The position numbers were made by a program, and so were the translations under genes. A stretch of 64,000 bases of DNA from Naegleria gruberi (lineage: Eukaryota). The stretch lies in assembly GCA_000004985.1 (NCBI GenBank), contig GG738903.1. One strand, 5' to 3'. This document shows, piece by piece, positions 1 through 9,900 of this stretch; the stretch's first letter is position 1, and each line of letters begins with the position of its first letter. The notes under the pieces were generated by a model. It searched no databases. It worked only from the letters and a program-made list of their open reading frames with translations, and was not told where the DNA came from.

Positions 1-902
1 GTTTGTTCTTGGAGTGATGATGGTTTCGGTGGTGATTTTGCCTAGGGAGCTGGATTGTCTTGTGATGATTGGTGGAATTTTACCAGTCTCATTGTTTAGT
101 CCAGTTTCGTGTGGTGTTTCGGATGACATTTTACACAATCAAAAGGGAAATGTATATACAATACGTGTACAAAATGCAAGTTACAGATTGGACGAAACAA
201 TCACAAAGGTATATTGTTTAGTTTTTTTTCTTGATTTTTTATTAGAAAGGGAGATGCACAAAATGAAATGTGATTACAACTGTTGATGGTTGACTTCAGT
301 GGACTGAAATGGGTGAAGTCATCTGTCAGCCATAAACTGTGTCGGTAATTCATTTTCAGACATATTCGAATAGAATGGAATTTACAAAACTTTGATATTA
401 GTAAAGAATGTCCCATTCTAATTAACTTGTCTTTTTTCACTTTTATTTAGTCAATTGGTGCAAGATGTTTTCATCACACACCTTAATGTTTTGTAAGATT
501 TGTACTAATTTATAAAAATGATTGATTTGGAAATTTAATAAAATTTAAATGGAGTTACAAATGCGCTGAAAATGCATAGACAATATTATTCGATTCTCGC
601 ACTGTGAAAATGCACAATATTAGAAACTTCCATTCTTCTAATTTCATTGCACTTGATATTTGTCAAAGATTTACCTTCCCAATAACAATTTGCATGGATA
701 AATTGTGTTCAAGAATTGAGACAAGTTTTTGATAATTGTTTTTTGGAATTGACATTCCAAATAGATCTATAACTTGAAGTTTGGCGTGTAATGGACCGCT
801 ACTCACATAGATTTCATATCATCCACACTAACACGAACTTTCCCATTCTATCTCATTGCCTTTCAATATGTCATTCGGCTAAATGAATCAAAAGACAAAA
901 AA

Positions 903-2963
903 ATGGCTAAATGTCACATTTGTTTATTCACACTAATGTTAGTGCTTTTAATTTCATGTTCTACAGAGGCTGGAATTTCGTCTGGACTTTTGTCAAAGGT
1001 GAAGGATGGTGATTGTGTGGTTGGGGTGAGAACGTTTCTGATAATGTTTGTGTGGAAACATAAATTTTCAAACGAAACTTTGACGAAATTGATTACTGCT
1101 AAAGATAACGATTCCAGAAGAAAGTATTTGGTCGAATCGTTGCAGGAGAGAGGTTTAACTATTGGTACCATACGCGATTATACACCTTTTCTTTCGAGTT
1201 ATTTCAAATATTCTAATCTTTCACTTTCTCATGGCCTTTCGAATAGCATACTATCATCTAGCTATTTTTCTATTTACCCACAAGTTGACATGTGTCAAAG
1301 AAGAGATTATTTTACGAGATATGATGCCATTTTGTTAGATCCCTATAACTTTGCTTATTACGTCAGGTTTTACAGAGATGTTGGGATGACATCTGGCATC
1401 TACATGAACAGTGATGACTTTGTGGCTGTACCACTCATTCCCTTCGAAGTCTACACTCAAACTACAAGAAATCAAGTTTCCTCCTTATTTGATTTGAATG
1501 TTGCAAGCTGTGATGCAAAACCTGACATTTCTGATGCGCAGTTTTTGAGAAGGTTGACAGGTTATGCTAATTTCTCACAACAAGATGTTGAAATAATTGG
1601 TAATGTTACTGGGAAATCACAAGTTTATGGAAATTGGACACTTGTGAATAACTTTCTAAATATGGAAATGGCAGAACTTACCATAAATGAAACATGGCAA
1701 CAATTACTACCTTCCACATGCTATATGTGTTCAACTGATGGTTGTTATGGTGAAAATTTCTGGCCGGTTCTTGATCTTTTCATCATTCCACAGTTACTAA
1801 TTATAGTAATTTACTTTTTATTACTTTTTGGGTTGAAAATTTACAAAAAACCTTCAATGAAACGAAGAATTGGAATTCCCTATACCCCAATTCATATCCT
1901 GGCTATCGTGATTACCTTTACTGGGCTCTCTAGAACTTGTGTTGGCTTTTGGTATAGTGCATGTTTGTTTAGTTTCTTTTGGTGGATATTGATCTATGTC
2001 AGTACAATTATTCGATTCTACTATTTGCGTAATTTGTATGCTCTCATAGTGATGTTTCCAAATAGAGAAAAGATGTTGAAAATGTTAGCTTCTCAGAAAG
2101 TTGGAATACTCATGACAGTTATGTTGACTTTTGTCATTTCACAAATATTGAATCTAGTCAGTGTTTACTTTTTTGTGAATGAAGATAAGGTTGGGGCTGA
2201 TTTTTATAGACCCATTATTGGTATCATTCTTTTATTATCATTGTGGGTCTTTGGTGGTTGTTGCTTTTTATTAGATTTGTTTCTCCAGAGAAAAACTATT
2301 CGAAAGGGTGGCATTCGAAAGTTTTTCTTCTTTGATGATCCATTCTACTTGAGAATAGACTTGATTTCTTCCATATTACCTGTCATTATTGCAATAATTA
2401 CTGGAATTGAGGTTTCCTCAAATGAAGGTATTGAAGCTCTTTCAATTTTCACAGGAATTTTCAATACCTTACTTTGTTTTAGTTTAGTTCAGATTAGTGG
2501 AGGAAATGTGCTAATGATTGAGATTTACAAAATGGTAAAAAGACGAAAGGAATCTTCACAATTGACCTGGGATCAAGAATTAACAAATTCAGATTTACTC
2601 CAAATTTTAAAGGAATATTCCGAAAAGGAGTTTAGTTCAGAGAATTACGAATTTTATATCAAGTTGAAATCACTTCAGAATAGAAAATTTATCAAGTTGA
2701 AGGAATTGCAAGAAATAGAAGCTGAATTTATTCGAAACTATTCAAAATACGAAGTGAATATTCCATCTTCATGCAAAAAGACTTTTTATGAACTTTTAAA
2801 CAAATGCCAAGAAGAATCCCAATTAGAATTTCAATTAATTTGGGATTGTGTTGCTCCAGAATTATTACTCAACCTTCAAGATACCTTCAATCGATTACAA
2901 GATACCTCAATATATGCCAAATGGCTTTCAGTTCAATCTTTGAAAGAAAACAATAATGTTTAG
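903..2963 (+). CDS. Seven-transmembrane receptor fused to a C-terminal RGS domain (7TM-RGS), with signal peptide and a Cys-rich N-glycosylated ectodomain
   Basis: Intact 686-aa ORF. N-terminal signal peptide (MAKCHICLFTLMLVLLISCSTEA). About seven hydrophobic helices between residues ~290-520. C-terminal ~120 aa (…FSSENYEFYIKLKSLQ…EIEAEFIRNYSKYEVNIPS…FQLIWDCVAPELLLNLQDTF) matches the RGS-domain core pattern (FSEENLEFW…EVNLD). Domain call rests on motif recognition only. Confidence 0.7.
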   Translation: MAKCHICLFTLMLVLLISCSTEAGISSGLLSKVKDGDCVVGVRTFLIMFVWKHKFSNETLTKLITAKDNDSRRKYLVESLQERGLTIGTIRDYTPFLSSYFKYSNLSLSHGLSNSILSSSYFSIYPQVDMCQRRDYFTRYDAILLDPYNFAYYVRFYRDVGMTSGIYMNSDDFVAVPLIPFEVYTQTTRNQVSSLFDLNVASCDAKPDISDAQFLRRLTGYANFSQQDVEIIGNVTGKSQVYGNWTLVNNFLNMEMAELTINETWQQLLPSTCYMCSTDGCYGENFWPVLDLFIIPQLLIIVIYFLLLFGLKIYKKPSMKRRIGIPYTPIHILAIVITFTGLSRTCVGFWYSACLFSFFWWILIYVSTIIRFYYLRNLYALIVMFPNREKMLKMLASQKVGILMTVMLTFVISQILNLVSVYFFVNEDKVGADFYRPIIGIILLLSLWVFGGCCFLLDLFLQRKTIRKGGIRKFFFFDDPFYLRIDLISSILPVIIAIITGIEVSSNEGIEALSIFTGIFNTLLCFSLVQISGGNVLMIEIYKMVKRRKESSQLTWDQELTNSDLLQILKEYSEKEFSSENYEFYIKLKSLQNRKFIKLKELQEIEAEFIRNYSKYEVNIPSSCKKTFYELLNKCQEESQLEFQLIWDCVAPELLLNLQDTFNRLQDTSIYAKWLSVQSLKENNNV

Positions 2964-3200
2964 AACATTCCAACTCTATTAATGGGTTATTGGCATAATA
3001 AATATGATAATATTTCAATGAACCAAATATCAGAAAGCATGGGAAACTGATGAATAGGTTACTTGTTTGCCCTTTTTGTAAAGTAATGAAATATGGTGAT
3101 TTCAAAGATGGTCTCCTTTCATCTTTATTCAAAGATGTGAATGTCTAAAGCATTCTTTTGAACTCTTTTGTTGCATGGCCATTCTTGTTTCAAAGTTGGT

Positions 3201-4484
3201 TTAACTCCTTAATGCCAATGTATAATAGTATGGTACCAAGAAATTGTACAATACAAATAATGGATCTGTGGTTGGTATCTTTTTCAAAACTCTCATCGAG
3301 TACCAAAATCTCTTTTCATCAGTTCCAATTTGATGTCTCTCCACAATGGCTAACTTCTCTCCTGGATAAATGTTACCATGCTTTGGACTCTTGTAGACAT
3401 ATTGGATGTACTTGTGTGCATCAGAGTTGGTTGTTCTGGCCGCATAGATGTATCTGTCAATAACGAGTGCCAACACACTAGTTTCATTGGCAGAAAAGAT
3501 TGCAAAATCAGAATTACTAGGGTCACTCGATGTTGAAATTGCAGTGTCCAATTGTTTGATAGATCCCAACTCTGCATCTCCACATCCAAATATTGTGAAT
3601 TTTTCAGATTTTTCAAAAGCTAAATAAGGTGTTTGACTTCCAACTTCCATGACATAATCTAATTGAAATTAAATAGTATTTAACCAGAAATAATATTATT
3701 ATTAAATAATTAATAATACTACATATTACATACGGTGCTTTGTTGATCCATGAACATTATACAATCTGTATTTGAATAATTCAGGACTATTCAATTCACA
3801 ATACTGATCGTATTTAGGATAGGAATCACAAATTCCATTCTTTGCAAATGAAAAATAATTCAAATAGGTAACAGAGCTTGTTTCAACTCTTGTGTAGGTG
3901 TAATCTCCAGGATTACCAACAACCAGTGAAGAATTCCAAACCACATCATTATTAGCCTCATTCATATAATTTTCAATAGCACTATCCGTAAATGGTTGAC
4001 AATTATAATTTGTTGGTTTAGGAACGACGGCTTTTGTCAGAATGACTTCTGTTACTATAAAGTAGAGAGAAAAACCAATTAAAAGTGCTGCAATAATCAA
4101 TCCAAGACTAATATAAACTGCTCTATTCATATACTTGTTCCAATCAATGGTCGGTTTTTGTGGTTGTTCAAATTCTTCCAAGTCTTTTGCGTTGGCAACA
4201 TCCTTAATATTATTATGGGTGTTTATCCTTGTTGGTACCTCCTCCAATTCCTCTTCCGATGAATTTCTATCCAGTGAAGATAATGGTGCCGACGACTGAT
4301 GAATAGTAGGTTCCTCATCATCATGTTGTCCATACTTGGATACTTTTTTTAATGCTGATTTTTTAGGTGAATGTAGAGTAACAACATTTCCGTGATTGTA
4401 TGAATGACCCACCGAGTAATGATGATGATGGTCGTGATTGGGCGAGTTTGCTGGTGAGTGATTGAATGATTCTTCGTTATTCAT
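3201..4484 (-). CDS. Type II single-pass membrane protein, possibly two exons
   Basis: ORF 3726..4484 starts at a true ATG. It encodes a His/Ser-rich cytoplasmic N-terminus, one TM helix (AVYISLGLIIAALLIGFSLYFIV) and an N-glycosylated ectodomain. Its stop codon lies inside a GTATGT donor. A 75-nt AT-rich interval (3659..3733, ends TTAG) leads in phase into ORF 3201..3650 (149 aa, complex composition). The exon 2 join is an inference. Confidence 0.45.
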
Positions 4485-4731
4485 TTTTTTTTGATTTTTT
4501 TTAATTAATATTAATTTTTCGGGTGATGATTTTCAATTTGGGTAACGGATCTTTATTTGGAAAACATATTATTATTATTATTGTAATACAGTATTAAATA
4601 GTATTAAGATGATTTACCATTGCAATGGAATACCATCGAATTGAATAAAGATTCCGCGTATGCATAAATTTTTTTCTCAAATTTGTAAAGTTAAGGGAAA
4701 TAAATGTTTGTTTTTATTGAACATTGTGGTA

Positions 4732-5298
4732 TTACTTTCCAAATTTCATCTTAATGTTGGTAATTGAAATTTCTTGTTCAGATTCTTCATCATAGTCAAA
4801 ATATTCCATATTTTCCAAGTTGACTTCAAATTTGTTTCCATCACTGAAAGCAACCAATCCTTCACTTCCTTCTGGTTCCCATTTGACAATATCAACACCA
4901 CGACACTGTACACAACCAACTGTCAATTCACCCTAGCACATACAGAACTACTTACATCAAATTGAACGAGTGGGAAGAATTTTTCACTTTGAGTAATTTC
5001 CTTAAATGATCCACTAATCACATCAATGGTGGCATGTCTCTTGCAGACAGAGCATGAAAAGTTAACATTGGTAGCACTAGTTCCTGCCTTAACATTCTTA
5101 TCTTCCTTTTCATTTTCACAAATAAAGATGTGCTTGGCGTGTTCAGTTTGGCTGTAAGATCGTTTGTTAATATTAAATTCATTGCTTCCGATAAATGTCT
5201 ACTCACCAATTTGGACACTTGACTTTAACTCTCCAGGTAAAAGCAGCTGGATCTTCAATGGTGACCTTCTCCAATCCTTGGAGTGTCATGGCTACCAT
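4732..5298 (-). CDS. CXXC-motif zinc-binding protein (UPF0587/DUF866, C1orf123/CZIB-like), three exons: 5298..5207, 5151..4956, 4932..4732
   Basis: Stitched ~163-aa product MVAMTLQGLEKVTIEDPAAFTWRVKVKCPNC…CSVCKRHATIDV…VGCVQCRGVD…DYDEESEQEISITNIKMKFGK has two CxxC pairs and the C-terminal DYDE…V.H.F.K signature of the DUF866 family. Intron 1 is 5152..5206 (GTGAGT…TTACAG, 55 nt). Intron 2 is either a 23-nt GTAAGT…CTAG micro-intron (4933..4955) or uses an alternative upstream donor. Confidence 0.6.
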
Positions 5299-5958
5299 TC
5301 ATCATTTATATTAATTATTATTAATTTTGTTAGCATTTAATCATGATGTTATTAATATATATAATATTTCATCAATATGTTCATCATCATCGTGTTTGAT
5401 AATAACACCAATTTCATTATTCCGAACCAATCATCAAATCATCATCATATGTAATTAATTATAATAATTATTATTAATCCAACAAGAGTTGAAATACAAA
5501 AGGAAGAAAATTCATAATGATGAAAATGATAAAATCAGGTATTAATTGTGTTAGATTCCGATTGAAAAATTCCGAATAAAAGAAACGAACCAACTTCGAG
5601 GGTTTGTTTTGGCATTTTTTTTGTGTTTTTTTTAGGTGCAAATTTGGAATTTGGAATGTAAAATGATTAAAAAGGAAATTTTGTTTTTTTTTGAGAATTG
5701 TTGAGGGAATTGAAAATTTGATTTCTATTTATGTAATATTTTAATGAATTAAAAGAAAAATTAATGAAATTATTAGGAATATTGAAGGTTTGGAAAGAAA
5801 AATTGAATTGAAGAGTTTGATTTGGTTGTTCTAGATGAGAAAATTCCAAAAGGAGCTGGTGTTCCAAATGTTCTCACTTTAATTCCATAATTGACAAAAT
5901 TGCAAAATTTCCAAATTAATTTTCATTTTTTATAATTTTAATAAAAAATTAAAAATAA

Positions 5959-6807
5959 TTAAAAATAAAATAATTTTTCAAACCTACCAATACAGGAAGG
6001 ACAATTAGTAACCTTCCACGACTGCAAAGCTTCCGAATCACTAATCACCACATGAACCTTATTATTCTTAATCAATTCAAATTGTTCATCAAAAGATGTA
6101 AAAATTTTCTTGGCAAGTGGCAGCGTTTGATTCGCCAATGTTTCATAATAAGTTCCAAAATATGCTGCAACGATAATATCAGGCGAATTCAACTGTGAAA
6201 TATCTTTCAAATTTGCAAAAGTTGCATTATTTTCCTTATTTAGTAACGTTCGTAAAAATCCATTTGCAGTAGATCCATATCCACAATCAGAAAACTGAAC
6301 CTTGGACCTTCTCTCTGTAGTATATGTCGAATCAGCAACTGAAACATCACATTCCTCAGTTTCCACTGCCTTCTTCATCGATTCAAAGAATCCATCAGTG
6401 GCATTTACATATACGAAACGAGTTGCTAGGGAAGTTCCATATTTTGAGTTGATTGCACTCACTAATTCCAATCCAACCCTTTTGTAAATATCTGCCCACA
6501 TTGTGTCAGAAGTTACACCATCATAGCAGAGCTTTAATTCTTTAACTGAGCTTGGAATGGGAAATTTGGTTGGCCAACTGGGATTACTGGTGCACGCAGG
6601 AACACTGAATGCAACAGTATTGGCAATATAATTAATAAACGATTTGGAGGAAGACACTTGTTTCATGGCTGCATTAATCATTTGGTTGAATTCGATGGAA
6701 ACTAGCTGGTTAGGGATTGTAGATGTTTGACAGTGAATTGCCTTCCAATAAAACATTAGAAAGAGGATAATGGGAAGAGCTCTCATTGATAACGACATTT
6801 TTTTCAA
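5959..6807 (-). CDS. Secreted solute-binding protein, periplasmic-binding-protein type II / ionotropic-glutamate-receptor ligand-binding-domain-like (SBP_bac_3-like)
   Basis: 282 aa with signal peptide. The segment …VADSTYTTERRSKVQFSDCGYGSTANGFL… resembles the T-I-T-x-E-R…D-F-S hinge motif of family-3 solute-binding proteins and the iGluR S1 lobe. Both lobes are contiguous with no TM segments. A GTAGGT inside the last codons could be a donor, but nothing convincing lies downstream. Confidence 0.5.
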   Translation of the reverse strand: MKKMSLSMRALPIILFLMFYWKAIHCQTSTIPNQLVSIEFNQMINAAMKQVSSSKSFINYIANTVAFSVPACTSNPSWPTKFPIPSSVKELKLCYDGVTSDTMWADIYKRVGLELVSAINSKYGTSLATRFVYVNATDGFFESMKKAVETEECDVSVADSTYTTERRSKVQFSDCGYGSTANGFLRTLLNKENNATFANLKDISQLNSPDIIVAAYFGTYYETLANQTLPLAKKIFTSFDEQFELIKNNKVHVVISDSEALQSWKVTNCPSCIGRFEKLFYF

Positions 6808-6933
6808 TTTAGAGATAAGGAATCGATAGATTTTGTTGGATTATTATCTTTGACCGAAACTGATGCTCATTGGCAACACCGAGATTGATTGGGAAAAAAA
6901 CCATCAATAGCTTTCTAATTTATTGTAGAAAAT

Positions 6934-9900
6934 TTACAAGAAAATAAACATTGCTGCCACAAATACGACCAACAAATGAGATAGATATTGTCTACTTGGG
7001 TTTGAATGATTCAATCTTAATGATTGGCTAATGATTGGTGAGGTTTTGGATGGTTGGATTGGAGGTTTCTGTTGGGCTGCGCTAAAAACTTGAATAATAT
7101 CGAATGCATTGTGAATTGAAGTACCACTCTCATCCAGATTAAGCTCTCTGTTTGAAGAGGTGCTTTTCATGATCGATTCTGTATGAATAAAACAAGTGTT
7201 GACCTGTACACTTTCTGATGAACCTATTGGAAACATGTTTGATTGGATGGTAAATTTGAAACCTAATTGGAAATTAATTAATGGAAACTTGATCAATTCA
7301 GTTCCATATTGTGAAGAAACGACTTGGTTATCAATTAAGTGAAGCCAATTTGACATGGTTGTAGAATTATATCTTTGACAACCGTAGGAATTCTGAGATG
7401 GATCATAGGTTGGCATTGAAACTCCTGATTTTGTGCAACAGAGATAGGCATTCTTAATAGATAACGAGATTGATGAAGGAAGAGATGAGGATTTTCCATT
7501 AGAATCTACAATATTAACCAAAACGTGTGGAGAATCTGAAATTGTGAATAAATTTTTAGGTTGACCAAAGTTGTTGGAATATAGATTAACTTGAGTTGAG
7601 TATTTGAGTTCGGTTGGAGGAGGGTTGATTGGCATAGTGTAAGATAAAGAAATACTTAACAAAACTTGAACAATTTTCTCACCGGTTCTAACTTGAATTG
7701 AAAAGGTAAAAATTCCAGAAATGTACGAAACTTTCTGCTTTGAGCTAATAATGAGATTATAACTATTTGGTTGATATTCACTCAAGATAATATCAAAATC
7801 AATATTTTGATAAGGTTGGGAGCCCAAATAACTCACAGAGACCACAGTCACATTATTAGTAAATAATTTGCCTGATAGGGAGAACAATCCATCCTGAATA
7901 GTAATAATTTCTTTTCTGTAATTTACATTAACATTGTCTCCAAAAGTCATGTTTCCATTCACGTCCATACCAATCATTTGGTGAGAGGATAAAACAAGCT
8001 TAACTTGATGATTCACTCCATAATTCACAATTTCACAATAATCTCCATTTTGAGAATCGAATTTGTTGGTGATTAGTCCAATATTAATTGGAACGTTTAG
8101 GGTGAGAACAGTTCCTGAGGAATCTAGCTGTTTAACAATACGAGAATCATTCATCAAAGTGGAGATGCTGGTTGTGAGTGAGTATTGGGCTTGACATTCG
8201 AATAATTGTTCTGGTTGGAAGGATGGTTGATTCTTGGAACAGGAATCAATGCTGGAATGAGAAATTACAGTTTGGTTTGTGGTAGAGAGAAGGCTCTTTG
8301 GTATTTTGATAGAGTAGGTCAATTGGTAGCCTCCACCTGAACTAGAAACGCTCACTATTGGGGTCTCTGATAATTGAGAGCATGGATTTTCTTGAGTATC
8401 TTGAATATCACATCTAATACCAAAACTTCCTAATGGACATGTTTCACATGAAGTTGCATTAGTGCAAGTGTTACATGTAATTAAGCATGTCTCAGTACAG
8501 TTTCGTCCAAAATATCCGAATTGACAAACTAAACAAGTAGAATTGGAAATATCGCAACTAATGCATCTTTCAGGACATTCAACGGATGGTATTCCATTAT
8601 TATCATCCCCTGAATCAACTTGCAAACTATTCAATACAGGAATATCGTATGCAGTTGTAAATAAAGAACTAGCCGATTCGAATGTAAGTTTAAACTTTGA
8701 AGGAAGGATAGCACCTTGGATTGGAACCAATTCGAATGTCAATTGGCTATCAGTACACAAAGTGTTGATTCCACTGAAATAATTTCTCAAAACAATCACG
8801 TTATTGTTTTGATCGAAAGCTTTCAGATAGAGGAAGGCTTCTTGATCACTTTGTTGTAATGATTTTTGAAGGGATTCTCTCCAATAATGGTCCATTCCAT
8901 TGATTTTCACATTTATAATGGTAGTATTGATATTGGAAAGTCTTTCAAGGTTTGTTAGACCTTTGTCGAAACTTAGAGAAATGTCAGTATTTGGCAAATT
9001 CTCAACAGAAAATGAAATAGATTGAGAAGTAATTAAATGAGTATAACCAAACAGGAAATTACCATAATTCGTCTTAAATGAAATTGGCAATCTTTCAATA
9101 ACATTGCTCGATCCAATATAATCTGGAACTCTCGAACTAGCTGTCATGATTGATGAAGGATCTGAAAAAGAAGGTGGAATATTTTTAGTACTTGAGCTGA
9201 GATAAACTTTTCCAATTGGATAGGAGGCGAATTGTTGTTTGAGAACAATTCCAGATTTTCCAGAATTCTTTTCACGTGTCAAAATTTCAGAAAGGTCTTT
9301 GTAACCATAACCAAATGTGCTTGGATTCATAGAGATGGAAATTGGTTCATTATATTTGGGAACATGAACTAGGGAAAGTTCTAATTGGAATGTCTTGGTA
9401 GTTGTTGCAAGATTCTTGAGACGAATTTGGACGAAACGATCGAATACTACACAATTTCCCTTGATATTCGAAATTGAGTCAGTATCCAATACGAACATGT
9501 TATTATCTACTGTCTTGGTAAGAGTATTGTAGACATATCCATCACTTGTTACAATTCGAATGTCAAGCTCAAAATTATTGACAATCAAATTGCCAGTTGT
9601 AGAATCAATAACTCTCAAGTAAACTTTAGAATTGGTATTCAGAGCAACACTGTCATAGAAAGTTCTACAATCGAATGCAAAATAAGTTTGTTCTTGACTT
9701 GCTAAATTTTTGGCACTTGATGGAATTCCATTTACAAGTTTGTAATTTGGAAATACTGAAATAGTGACAGGTTTAGTAGTTGCAATACCAACTTCTGTTC
9801 CGTACTGATTATCCTTCAACATTGGGATATAGCTTCCTGTTTGAGTCAGAGTATAGGTCAATCCAACACCAGGTTTAGGTTTAGCATAGAAAGCTCTGTA

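Noticed and set aside
3158-3463. Plus-strand ORF 3158..3463 (101 aa) and other 60-110-aa ORFs nested antisense to larger genes (e.g. 8543..8782, 20341..20679, 34084..34563, 52081..53068 set)
   Set aside because: Fully overlapped by longer, better-supported genes on the other strand. No start context or motifs. Typical antisense shadow ORFs.
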